From assembly GCA_002104945.1 (NCBI GenBank), contig MCFH01000010.1:248001-312000 (forward strand): a DNA stretch of 64,000 nt, read 5' to 3'. The translations under genes and the position numbers were made by a program. The notes below the pieces were generated by a model. That model did not search any database, was not told where the DNA came from, and saw only the letters and a program-made list of their open reading frames with translations. Below are positions 15,509 to 34,800 of the stretch, in pieces. The DNA comes from Piromyces finnis finn (taxonomy: Eukaryota; Fungi; Neocallimastigomycota). How positions within the stretch are numbered: position 1 is the stretch's first letter; every line of letters begins with the position of its first letter.

Positions 15509-18339
15509 ATGAGAAGGTTTACAGGTTTTCGAGATGAAAATGCTGAACGAAATATTCAAGAAAAAGTTAAAAAGCAATTAAAGTCTTTAGTAAGACAAGG
15601 TTATAAACATGGTTATATAAATATTTCCAATAGAAATTTATCTGAAATTCCTGATTATGTTTTTAATCCTGATGATGTTTATGAAACTGAAAATATTGAT
15701 TATGATTTTAACCGTAGTGTTGATGATGCTGACTGGTGGGAAATTGTAAATATGCGTTTTTAAATATTTATTTTTTTTTTGCTATTGTATAAAATAAATA
15801 ACTAATTAATTAATATATATTAATACATACATATATTTATAAAATAGTCAGAATTGAAGAAATTTAATATAGCTAATAATAAAATAGAATTTATTAGTCC
15901 AAAAATTGGTCAATTGGATACTTTAGTTCATTTAAATGTAAATATTAAACAATTATTATATATATACAAGATATGAAGAACATTTTTTAAAATTAAATTT
16001 CTTATTATTGGAATTATTAAAACTTTCGTTTTTAAATTTCAATTTTTGTATTGCTAGTTTTGTGATAATAAGTTGACATCTTTACCACAAGAAATTCAGA
16101 ATTTACAGTTAGTTACTAGTATTCACCTAGAAAGAAATAATTTTTCTACTATTCCGTTACCACTTTTTGAATTAGAAAATTTAGTTGAGTTATTTCTTTT
16201 TAATAATAAACTTTGTGGAGATCTTAATGAATATAAATTTTATAAACTTCAAAATTTGGAAGTCTTAGATTTATCTGAAAACTTTATTGAAAATGTTGGT
16301 GATTGCTTTTCACAAAATAAAAAATTAAGAAAATTACAACTCTCTCATAATAGAATTAAAGAAATATCCTCATTAGATTTAAAACATTGTAAAGAACTTG
16401 AGTTGTCTCATAATGAATTAGTTTCCATTTTTACAGAAGAAGTATTTATTATTTATATTAAAAATATTTAATATTTTAATTATCATAAATAAATCAATAA
16501 GTAAATATATAATTAAATATATTAACAAATAAATATGTGTATATATATAATACTACTAATAATATATAAATATAGCAATCTTTCCCAATGTTACAAAGAT
16601 TAGATTTAAGAAACAATAAGTTACAATCAATTGGTAATCATATTTCATGTCCGGAATTAAAGGTAATTAATTATATAAATAGATATATATTTTTATATGT
16701 AGTTAATTTTCTTATATATTAAATGTTTTAAAAATATAACATATATTTAAATTTCATTTTTCAATAATATTTTTAGGAATTATATTTAACTAGTAATAGG
16801 CTAAGTTCAGTAGGTTCAATATTAAAAACAGCTTCTCATTTAAATATATTGGATATATTTGGAAATGTTTTTAAAGAGGTTCCTCAGGATGTATTGAATA
16901 TGAAAGAAATAACTAGATTAGATTTAGGAAATAATGATATAACTGAATTACCTCCAAGACTTGGTTTATTGACAACCATAAAATTTTTAAGGTTCGAAGG
17001 AAATATGATTAAGGGTATTAAGGCAACAAAAACATCCGATGTTTTAGAACTTTTAAAGAATAGAATACCTGCTAACGAACTTGAAGGTTTTTTTTAATAT
17101 TTATATTTTAATATCTTAATTATTATATTTTTTTTATCATTTGCTTATATGATGCTATTTTTTTTTTTAATAAAATTAGAGGATTTTTCTGACCCATTTA
17201 ATCATAAAGTTCAAATAAGAATGCCTAATAATAATCAAAATCAAAATATAAGTACTGATCCATTTGATGGTCCATTTAATAATTCAGTAAAACCACCTTC
17301 CCCAAAGAAAAATAATAATAGCTATAATTTGTATAATAATCAATTTGGTAATACTACAAAACCACCTTCCCCCAAAAAAACAGATGACTATGATAACCCA
17401 TTTAGAAATAATCAAAAAGTAAATCAAAGACGTGGTTATAATATTCTTCAGTCATCATTTTCTAATAGTTTTTATGATACTTCAAATCAGCCTTTTAATA
17501 ATCAATCTAGTTATCATAATAGAAATAATTCTAATCAGACATTAATATCTGCTGATCCATTTAAAAATTCAAATCGTCCAGTATCTACTAGTACTTATAA
17601 TTCAAGAAATGGTTTTCATAATTCAAATAAAGTATCTTCTAGTTCCTATGATAATCAGAATCAACAAATAAGTAATCATAATAATATGAACAATAATAGT
17701 ACTAAAATTACAGTATCTTCTCAAAATACAAATACCCGAACATTAGATGTTTCATCTAAAGGATTGGCATCCTTAGAAATGAGTGATCTTGAATCAGTTT
17801 CTTTTGCCGCGGAAACTGTCGATCTTTCAAAGAATATGTTTACAAGAGTTCCAAGCTCACTTTCTATATATGCAACTTCATTAACCTCTCTTACTATTAA
17901 TTTTAATAGAATTACTGATTTTCCAGATTATCTTACTCTTCCAAATCTTGCTCATTTATCCATGACTCATAATTTATTAAAGGAATTTCCTGAAAATATA
18001 AATTCTTCACAATTTCCAAGACTTTTAGAATTAAATTTATCATATAATAATATTAAAAATCTACCTTCTAATCGTATTCCATTCCCAAAATTAGATGTTC
18101 TTATACTATCAAAAAATAAAATTGAAGCGATTCCAAATCCAGAAGTTTTCGAACAACTTACAGTACTAGATTTATCAGATAATTCTATTAGTTTTATTCC
18201 ACCAAAATTAGGATTATGTAGCAAATTACAAAAATTACAATTAGAAGGGAATACTTTTAGAATTCCGCGTTATCAAATATTACAAAGAGGTACTGCATCA
18301 ATTTTAGCTTATTTAAAGGATCGTATTCCTCAAAATTAA
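15509..18339 (+). CDS. LRRC40: Leucine-rich repeat protein, LRRC40-like, 6 exons
   Basis: N-terminal GYINISNRNLSEIP...DADWWEI resembles LRRC40 (GQLNLSGRNLSEVP...RWWEQ, recalled). LRR exons splice in frame. Two LRR blocks each end in a cap: EGNMIKGIKATKTSDVLELLKNRIP and LEGNTFRIPRYQILQRGTASILAYLKDRIP. Confidence 0.85.
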
Positions 18340-18397
18340 AAAATATTAAAAATATTAGTAGCAACTGAATAAATGTGTAAATATTAATTTAATAACT

Positions 18398-18503
18398 TAA
18401 AATAAAATAAAATAAAATAAAATAAAATAAAATAAAATAAAATAAAATAAAATAAAATAAAATAAAATAAAATAAAATAAAATAAAATAAAATAAAATAA
18501 AAT
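18398..18503. repeat. (TAAAA)n pentanucleotide repeat, about 21 copies
   Basis: Seen directly, about 60 bp after the LRRC40 stop codon. Confidence 0.95.
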
Positions 18504-18809
18504 AATAAAATAATAAAATAATAAAATAATGAAATAATAATAATAACAACATTACTAAATTAATAAAATCACAATAAAGTTAATGAATAATAATGATAAT
18601 AATAATGATTAATATATCATCTATATTAAAATTATAATATTATAATTTATAATGGTTTAATTATAATTCAAAAGAAATTTTTTAATTTTTATTATATTTT
18701 TCTTTTTTTTAATTTTAAGATATTTCCAAAAAGTTTAGAAATTTTAATTTTATTTTTTATTTATTTATATTAATTAATTAAGTCAAAAATTAAAAACTTT
18801 AACTATGAT

Positions 18810-18855
<46 letters not shown>

Positions 18856-19202
18856 CTACTACTCTTTATTCTATAAATTATAAATAATAAATATATATAT
18901 ATATATAATTGAATATTTATTCTAATAAGCAAAAAACATTAGTTATATATAATACATTTTTAAAAATTATTACTTGGTTTATGTTTTTTTACATATAGAA
19001 ATATTATGCGTGAGGATTAAATTAATGTATGTAAAATGGTTCTGATAACATTGATACGTTGATTGTATTTGTATTTTTATATTATTGTGTTTATCTTATG
19101 ATAATTTATAAGGAAATTTACAATATATCGATGATTAATAGTGTTTGCTTTAAATGTATAGAGTTTGTGATATAATTGAATATGTCTTTTTAAATTAAAA
19201 AG

Positions 19203-20264
19203 TTAACGGCACAAAATTTCACATTCATCATCATATGTGTTTGAAGCTTTGTCATGATATGATAATTGAGCCCATAATAATGGTTTTTGACCTATTTTAT
19301 TTTATTTTATTTTATTTTAATACTTTGAAAAATTTATTTATTAATAATAAGTATTTTAATATTTCTCCATTTTTTATCATTACCAGTTGAGTCCATTCTT
19401 TCTTTAGCTCTTACTGAGTCATTATGAAACATCCAGAAATGTCCGTTATTACATGCACTCATACATACTTCACATGGTTGTGTTACATGATAACCTACAA
19501 CATTTCCACTATTGATTTAATATAGATTAAGTATTAGCAATATTATTATTTAATAATATTAATATTAATATTATTATTATTATTATTTTACCATCCTAGA
19601 CAAGCTACATCCCTTATTTGGCATAAACAATTTCTGGTTACGTAATCGTTTGCTACTAATTGAACACTATAATTTTTTTTATTTTAAATAATTTATATAT
19701 ATAATAAATTATTATTAGTATTTTTTTTCTAATTGTCATTATTCTATTTTATTATTTAATCATTCATATATACCCTATTGGTGCTGCATCTGTACTATAT
19801 AATTCAACTCTAGTATCTGCTAATAAAATAGCTTTCATTCCCCTTCTACACAGCACTCCCTGACAATAGCGACAATTTAATTGACAAACTGATTTTGATT
19901 TAAAGCTTGAATGTAAGGAATTATTATTGTAGCTTGAGCGTGAAAGATTATGGTAATGATGATTTCTATTATGATGAGTATTTGAATTGGAGGGTAGTAC
20001 ATTTTGAGAATTCATTGAAAGATTAGATAACGCAGCTGTTGCAGTAGATGGATTATTATGCATTCTTGAATATATTAAATTATTAACAATGTTAGAAATA
20101 TTATTAGTTTGTCCACTCAAGGAATTTAAACTACTTGTGTTTCTACTAAGACTAGCATTTGGTAATTGACTTGAACTATTTGGATTGTTAACAATTGTAT
20201 TATATAATGAATTTACTACAGAAGATTGAATATTTTGATAACTGGTAGTTGAATTATATGACAT
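19203..20264 (-). CDS. FAM72: FAM72-family protein with an N/S-rich N-terminal extension, 4 exons
   Basis: Spliced translation: VCQLNCRYCQGVLCRRGMKAILLADTRVELYSTDAAP / VANDYVTRNCLCQIRDVACLGC / GNVVGYHVTQPCEVCMSACNNGHFWMFHNDSV / QKPLLWAQL...ECEILCR, TAA at 19203-19205. These match the FAM72 hallmarks RGMKAVLLAD, CGNxVGYHV and CNNGHFWMFH. Confidence 0.92.
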
Positions 20265-20950
20265 TTCTTCTTCTTTTTTTTTTTTTTCTTCTTTATTAAT
20301 ATCTTTTTTTTTTTTATTTCTAATATATTATATGACACCAATGTATATAAGTTCTGAGTAGATATTAATTAATATAACATTAAAAGTTCAAGATGATACT
20401 TTATTTTCCAATATATATTTTCTTTTTAAGCTATAACTATTACGAAAAAAAGTATAAGCAAAAGTTATTTTTAACTTATTTGTAAATATAGGCTTATATT
20501 ATAATAATCGGAAATATATTTAAGCTTTTGATGAAGTTTATTTAATCTTTTTTTTTTTTTTATTTAAAGGTGTACTATAATTTATTAAGAGTTTTTATTA
20601 TTTCTATAAATCTATTGTTTTTAAAAATAAGTTTTTATATGAACTATCAAATAGCTTCGTAATGTATTAATCTTTAAATTTTTTAGAATTTTTTGAAGTT
20701 TTTTTTTTTTGAACAAATCAGTAATGATTATTATAAATATAATTATGTTAAGTAATAGTGTACCAAAAAAATTACATAAAAAAAAAAAAAAAAAAAAAAA
20801 AACTATTATTTGAAATGTGTGTATTTTTTTTTATTTAAAATAAAAAAAAATCTAAATGGTATACTTTTTCCAAATAAAGTATGTATTCTGAAATATTGTG
20901 AATTATGATAAAAAATATATATTTTAATACAAATCTTTATATTTATATAT

Positions 20951-20991
<41 letters not shown>

Positions 20992-22353
20992 TTTTCAATT
21001 AAAAGGAATTTGATTTATTTATATATATCTATATATTTGGAAACGTAAAGTTTTATATGTTAAATTAACTCTAATTTAGGAATTTTATAGCTTAAAAATT
21101 TAATATTATTTAAATTGAGGAAAAAAAAAAAGTATATAATAAATTTCTTTTATATTAAAATTATTATATTAAATGGTGTATGATGTATTATGCTAATCTA
21201 ATAATAAACATTTTAAATATATATTTTTTTAAAATATAATTTTTAAATTTTTTTGTTTAGTTTTTTTTTAAATATAAATAATACAGGTAATATTAAATTA
21301 ATCAATTTATTAAATTTTTAATATATATTTAATTTGTAAAATTAATAAATAATCGTAGTTTTTTTTTTTTTTTTTTATTATAAAAATAATAATATAGAAC
21401 GTTTCATTATTTATATTTTTTAATGGAAATTAAGATTTGTCTTAATTAATTATTTTTCAATTTTATTATTAAAATAAAAAATGTATAAAGTATTTTATCA
21501 ATATATTTTAAAATAATGAATAAAAATGAATGATCTAAATCAGTTATTAAATATAAGCAATCTTTTTTATTAATGTAATAATATATATATATTGAAATTG
21601 AAAAATAATTTACTCAAAAATGCATTAAAAAAATAATGCTAATAAATATAGATATAATAAAATGCAATTCTTGTTTTTTTTATTATTAAAATATAAATCT
21701 TAACAACAAATATGGAAAACTTTGAATTTTAAAGAGTAAAAAAAATTAATTAAAAAATCAAATTTAATTTTTTATATTATAAAGCTACAATTCAGTTTTA
21801 ATAAATCATTTATATAAAAATATATTAATATTTTTTTAATAATTGCAATATTGAAACATATGGCATTTACTACGAAAAAGTTGAAATTGTTTAATATGTT
21901 TTATGATATAAAAACTAAAAACTTAAATTATAAATAAATCAAAACAATTAGTATTTATAGTAACAAATAATATTTTTTTTTTAATTTTTCAAATCATTCT
22001 TTTTTTTTTTTTTTTTTTTTGTTTCAATTAAATATTATAAGTCTTAATGTTTTTTGTATTTATTTATTATTAATATTTATGCTTCTATTTTAAATAAAAT
22101 CTATATTTTAAATACTTTTTATATTTTAATTTATAATATTAATTTTGCTAAAATTTATACTAATAATGTAGTTTTGAAATAGAATAATTAAAATTTAAAG
22201 TTTCGAAAAATTAAATATGCTAATACTACTAATAATAAGAATTTAATTATATAAAATAAAGTAATCTTGTGAATAACAAGATATTAATAGAATTAAAAGA
22301 ATCAAATGAAATCATTGATCAATTGATCAAAATTATAATATTATTAAAATAAC

Positions 22354-27879
<5,526 letters not shown>

Positions 27880-28358
27880 TATGTAATGGATATAATTAAA
27901 TTAATAAATTAATTTATTATAGACTATCACACTTTTAGTTTTTTTTTTTTTTTTTTTTTTTTTTAGGACTTAAATACTTAGTAAATATAATACTTTCTAT
28001 TATTTTTTTTTTTTTATTGTTCATTAATTAAAATGTTTTTTAACAAAAATGAACTTTATTAAATAAAAATAATTTTAAATATATCTCCCAAAATTCTTTT
28101 TATAATAATCTAGTTTTTAAAACTTAATTATTTACTTAACATATATATAAACTGACAGCATCTTTTTATATAAGTGAAAAAATGTATATCTAAAGCTATT
28201 ATATAACACATATAGTTCTAATATTAACTATATAAATTAATAATGAAGTTTATTATCTATTATATTATTATTACAAATTTAGGAAAACCTTCATATTTAA
28301 TTTACTTATTTACTTTGATGTACATATATCAAAAATTCTTAGTAAATCAAATTTATAA

Positions 28359-28397
<39 letters not shown>

Positions 28398-29568
28398 GTC
28401 ATTAATTTATTGTTATTTTTTAATATTTTATTAAATGAAACCATAATAAATAATAAACTAAATTTATTATTGAATTAAAAAATATATTTATTAAATGATA
28501 ATGATATAGCGCATTAGAAATGTATTGTTACGTATAGTTATTTAAATGTATAAATAAATTATTTTGTGAAATTCACTTTTTTAAATAGTTGAAATATTGA
28601 CAAACTTTTTTTATAATTTTATTGAATATTAATAAATTTAATATATATAAATACATATTCAAATATATTTTTATTTTGAAAAAATATAGATATGAAAATT
28701 TTTATTATATTTATAAAAAGAAAAATACAAATATTTTAAATATTTTGTATAAATCACTTCTCTACCTATAATATTAAATTTATTTTGAAGATTCATATAT
28801 TATAATATATTATAGTAATAAATAATATTTAAATAATGTATTATTTTTAAAAATTTAAAACCAAAACAAATTTCAATTTGTAATAAATTAACTTAGCATA
28901 TTAAATAGCTAAATATTTTTTTTTTTTTTTCCCTTCTTATTATTACCATACACCACTATATTTATATAAAAATAAATATAGGATAACCTATATAATTTGT
29001 TTATCTTTACATATACAGTAAATATTATATAATTAAAAATATGAAATTTCTTTTTATTAATATATATTATTGATGAAAATTTATAAAACCTAAAACACAA
29101 TAAATTTTACTTTGAATAAATAAATAATTCAATAATTATACTATTATTGATTATTTTAAATCAACTAATTATTAAAATATGCTTAATTATAATTTCCAAT
29201 ATCATTATAAAAAGATAATTCATTATAAAAGTATAATTATAAATTTAAAAAATTAATTTTAATAGAATCTGTAATTTAATTTTGAAATAAAACTTTTTTT
29301 TAAGATTAATTTTAATAATTATTCAAGTAAAACATTTTTTCCTATATTAACAGATACAGATATTATTAAACAATTTATAATTTACAAAAAGTATATTTAT
29401 TCTTATGAAATAAGATATATAATTAAAAATTAAATTATAGAATTACATAATCAAAAATTCATTTATATAAATAAAGAAAAAATAGTTTAATATACATATT
29501 TAAATAAAAAACATTATTAAATAAGTATTATTATAATAACTAATTTAATATATTTAATAAATTCAGTA

Positions 29569-30812
29569 ATGCAAGGGAGTGGTAGACTGCGTCCTGCTAT
29601 GGTGGCAGCTCCAAAACCAGTTGATTTACCAAGTTTAAGGAAACAGAATAAAGGATTGGACCCAACAATTAGTTTAGTACCGTCAGGAAGTTGTTGGGGA
29701 AAATCAAGTAATGATAAAAAAGATGAAGGTAATCCTTGGAATCGCTCAAATTCAAAATTTCAATCTCAAGATTTTCCAACTGCAGCTGAAGTTTTAAAAG
29801 AAGAGGTATGAATGTACATGTATATGTTAATTACGTTTTTGAAAAATTTAAAGTTAATTTATATTTAATATTAAAATATTTTTATAAATAGAAAGAAAAG
29901 AAGGAAAAAGAGCAAAAACAAAGTAAAATTTCGAAAGAAAGGTAAATATAAACTTTATAATTATTTCAAAATATTAATAATTCTAAAAATATATATTTTT
30001 TCTTTTTTTAAAAATTTTGTATGTTAATAAGTAAATCAAAAAATCTGAGTGAATATGTAAATGATGAATCACAGGATAATATAAATGAAAATGATAATAA
30101 TATTCGTGTTGATGATAAAGTAAATAATATTAATATAGAGAAAAGAGAATATCCTAAAACACAAGAGCAATTAAAAAATACAACAAATTCAGAATATTAT
30201 AATAATGTAACACCTTGGATGGATGATGATGAAGAAATGGATTTTTCAAAAGATCCAATAATAGCTGGAATGATAAATTCAGAACTTAATAAGGATGAGA
30301 ACAATACAAAGGAAGAAGAAAATGAAAAGGAAAACAATACAAATAATGATGATAGTAATAATAATAATAATTTAGATAAATTTAATAGTATTAATGATAC
30401 CAATCTTAACCATGAGGATGAGAGAATAAATCAAAAATTTGATAAGAGGAACATAAGAAATAATAATTTTAATTATAATAATAGTAATAGATTCGATAAT
30501 AGTAATAGATTTTATAAAGAGCAAGAAAGAAATGACACATATTATTCTCCAAAATTTGGTAATAATAGAACTGATCAATATTATCAACGAAATAATAATA
30601 GTAATAAGTATTTTAATATAAATAATAGTAATGGAGGAATGAGATATGAAGAATATAATGATAAACATATAGATAATGAACTTTTTAATAATATGAACAA
30701 TATTAGTGGTAGTCCATATAAATATGAACAAAGATCAAACTCTGGAACGCGAATGGGAAAATCAATGGATAGATATCAAGATAGTCAAGGAATGCGTAAC
30801 TCATATTTTGAG

Positions 30813-30843
<31 letters not shown>

Positions 30844-30919
30844 GTAATCGTGGTGGTTTTCCTAATAATATAAGAACAAGAAGTGGGACAAGATGGAATA
30901 ATAGCAGAGGTGCTTCAGA

Positions 30920-30975
<56 letters not shown>

Positions 30976-31836
30976 GCGATGTGGATGTTGAAGTAGAAAG
31001 GGGAAGAAATAATTTTGATTATAATCGTGGAAGAGGAAATATAAGGAATAATAGTAGAAATGGAAATATGGGTATTAATAATTATTCAGAAAATAATAAA
31101 AATTTTGATAATTATGAATCATATTATCGAATGAATTCAAGTATAGTGAATGACGGAAATAAAAGTCTTGATATGAATAATGGTAGTAATAACACTTTTA
31201 GAGTAGGATCATATGATAGCGCAAGAAATGATTTCATTGAAAATAGAATGAATAAAGGAAGAATAAATAATGATTATGATTTAAAGGAAAAACCACAGTT
31301 TAATAATTATAGAAATAATGGTAAAAATGTTAGTTATTATGATTCATGGCAAAGATCTAATAATAATGATTATTATCAAAAACCTTCAGGATTAAGAGAT
31401 TATTCATCAAGAGATGAACTAAATATTAATTCTTTTGAAGGTAGAAATGGTAAGTACATATAAATAATAATACAATTTTTAAAGGTAAGTGATTAAGTGT
31501 TAAATTTCTTTTATAATATATTAAATCAGGTCAAATGCCACACTCACCTTATCATCGACCATTTTCTTCAAGTTATAATAATAGTTATTTGGATGATCAC
31601 ATGAGAAATCCAACTTATAGTAATGGATATATACCAAATAATAATAATAATAACGATAATAATAATTTGAATGTTAAAAATGATAAGGAAAATGAAGAGA
31701 ATATAATTACTTCCAATGCTACTACAACTACTATTTCTAATAGCACTAATAATAACACTGCTACTAGTAATATTATTATTAATGAAAGTGATAATAATCA
31801 ACTAAATAGTATTGATACTAATGAAAACATCGATAT

Positions 31837-31868
<32 letters not shown>

Positions 31869-33688
31869 ACAATAGTAATAACAACAATAATAATAGTAGT
31901 AGCAAAAATAATAACAATTCTGAAAGAAAAAAACAAGAAGGAATAAATACTAATAGTAATCCAGTATTGGATGAAACCAAATTGATGGAAACTTTTAAGA
32001 TAACGGCTGGAGGTCAAGGTAATAAACCATATGTTGAAATTCAAAAAGAACTTATGGCAAAATCAGCAGAAAAAGCAAGAAAACGCAAAGAAGAAGAATT
32101 ACAACGTGAAAAAGATGAAGCAGAAAAACGGCGTCAACAAAAGTTAAAGGAATTAGAAGAAAGAATGAGGAAAAAGAAGGAGATGTTAGAAAAAAAGAAT
32201 AGTAAAGACGAAGAAAGAAAAGAGGAAAAAAATGATACACCTGCAAAAAAAGAAACAGTAAATGAATTAGAAAGGCCAAAAGAAGAACAAGAAATGCAAA
32301 ATAAAATTTCAAAATCGAATAAGCTATTTAATAAAGAAAATATAACAATACTCCAGAAACCAAAAGCAGTTGAAGATACGGAACAAAATAATAGTATAGA
32401 TAAGAAGAATACACTTGAAACTAAGAAGAATGAGACTTCCAGGATTAATGTTAAAGGAAGTGATCAAAATTCAAGGTCAATATCTGTGAAACAAAATAAT
32501 ATTAGATCAACTCCAATTAAATCTAATATTTCAGGTAATAATTATCAATATATAATCTCATATTTAGTAAGAATAATAATAAAATTTATTATGCTTAAAT
32601 TATATTATATAAATATTAATTAGGTGAACCAGCTACTCCGATAAAAGTACATCATTCTACATATACAATTCAAGAAATTGATAGTGTGATGGATACAATA
32701 AAGAAAACTATGCATGATTCTAGCAGATTAACGAGAAAAGATGATAATGACTTTAAGAATTCTAAACAAAACTATCGTAATAATAATACCAATACCAATA
32801 CCAATAACAATAGCAATAAAAAATATTTTTATAATAGTAGAGATGATGGTAAGCTTTATGGAAGAAATTCAAGTACTAATTCAAGAGATGATGGTCAAAG
32901 TTTTAGAAGAAAAGATAGTGAGAATGGTAGAAGTAGAAATACATCAGATAGAACATATAAAGAACAGTATAAAGTAGCAAAAGATGATAATGATAATAAA
33001 TTTTGTAAAGGTATAAGTACAAGTGAAAAATGTAATATGGTACAAGACAAAAAACATGAAAATATAAAGAATGATACTACTATAGAGTCAAAGGATACTT
33101 CAAAAGCAAATGAAAATAAAATGAATATTACTAAAGAAGGTGATAGCAAAAAACAAACTACAAAAGGTATTAAAATGAAAATAAGTAGGAATGAAGTATT
33201 TAAATCAAATAAACCATATATATTTGCTGTACCAGATTCTGTTTCTGGAAGTATTGGAAATAAAAAATTAAGTTTCTTTGCACAAGATGTTGATAGTGAA
33301 GATGTAAATGATAAAAGTGATGATAAAGATAAAAATGAATTGGAAAAAAAAGAAGAATCAATTAAAAAAGATGAAAATATAATTATTAAAGAAAGTAAAA
33401 GCCAACAACAAAAATTAACTGATAATAAAGTAATACAAAAATCAAATTATTTAAAAAATACTGATGAATTGGAGAATGCTGATAAAATAAAAGAGAATAA
33501 ATTATTTGAAAAACCCCAAGGTAAAGAATTCTAATTAATAAAGATACTATTATAATATAAAGTATTTTTTATTTACAAAATACTAATACATTAAATATAT
33601 TCTAGATTCTGAAAAAGATGATTTATTATCTCAATTAAATAATAAAATAATAAATCAATCTGAAACCGAAAATAATTGTAATCTTGGA

Positions 33689-33765
<77 letters not shown>

Positions 33766-33781
33766 GAATAATAATAATAAT

Positions 33782-33860
<79 letters not shown>

Positions 33861-34800
33861 GTAATAATAAATATAATAAAAATAATAAAAACAATGATAT
33901 CAACAATAATGATAGTGTTAATAACAGCAACAATATTAATGGTAGCAATAAAAATAACAATTATAATAATAATAATATTAATAATAATAGTAGCAACAAC
34001 AATTATTATGATAAACGTAATACTACTCAATTTAGTGGCTATCAGAATCAGAATTTATATTGGGATAATAAATCAAATCGTCAGTTTAAGAGAAATACAG
34101 TTTCAAATGAAATACTAATGAATGATGGATACGGAAAAGAAGATTGGGGGCAACACTCTTCTATGAATCATCAACCAACAAGTCGTTCTACTGTTTATGT
34201 ATCCAATGTTCCGGTTTATGGTGCATACCAACCATCTCAATATGTTGTTTATGGAACATATCCACAGGCGCAATGGCTTCCAACTGCTTCTTCAATTCAA
34301 CATCCAATGAATGGAAATAGAGTAAGCCAGCCTAGAAATGGATTTAATTCTGGTCAGATAAAAGTTTTATCACCAACACCAGGTATATAATATTTATATT
34401 AAAATACTTTTAATATAAAAATGAATATTATAGTTTTAATTATTTTATTAATTATATTATTAAATTTAAAATAGGCTCATCAAGTCCAATGATGACAAAC
34501 TCTTATATTCAGGTTTCACCAATTCAACACCAGATACATCCATATAATACAAATCCACAAGTAAGGCCAATAATGCATAAAAATAAAGATATAAATATAT
34601 TACCAAATACAAATAGTTATCCAATAAACTCAAGTTATATTCCAACAAATGATAATAAAAAGAATAAAAATAGATTTAGTAAACCATATAATTCAAATAT
34701 ATCAAATCAAAGCAAAAATTATTTAAATATGTCTCCATCATTAAAATCATCATCATCAAATCTTAGCACCTCAAATTCGAACAATCCATCATTAAAATAA
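29569..34800 (+). CDS. PRRC2: PRRC2/BAT2-like protein (BAT2_N domain, N/R/G-rich low-complexity regions, charged coiled coil), multi-exon; a 5' exon may be missing
   Basis: APKPVDLPSLRKQNKGLDPTISLVPSGSCWG matches BAT2_N ([24 protein letters not shown]...GW). Coiled coil ELMAKSAEKARKRKEEE...QQKLKELEERM. All downstream ORFs (30021-34800) join in phase through GT-AG introns. The ATG is preceded by a possible acceptor (ttcag), so the true start may lie upstream. Confidence 0.8.
33689..33859 (+). repeat. Coding (AAT/AAC)n repeat encoding about 57 codons of poly-Asn (one Lys)
   Basis: In frame with the exon that starts at 33606 and with ORF 34118-34390. Confidence 0.85.

Noticed and set aside
33635-34118. 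Poly-I/poly-L/poly-T ORFs
   Set aside because: Alternative frames of the coding (AAT/AAC)n repeat in the PRRC2-like exon.
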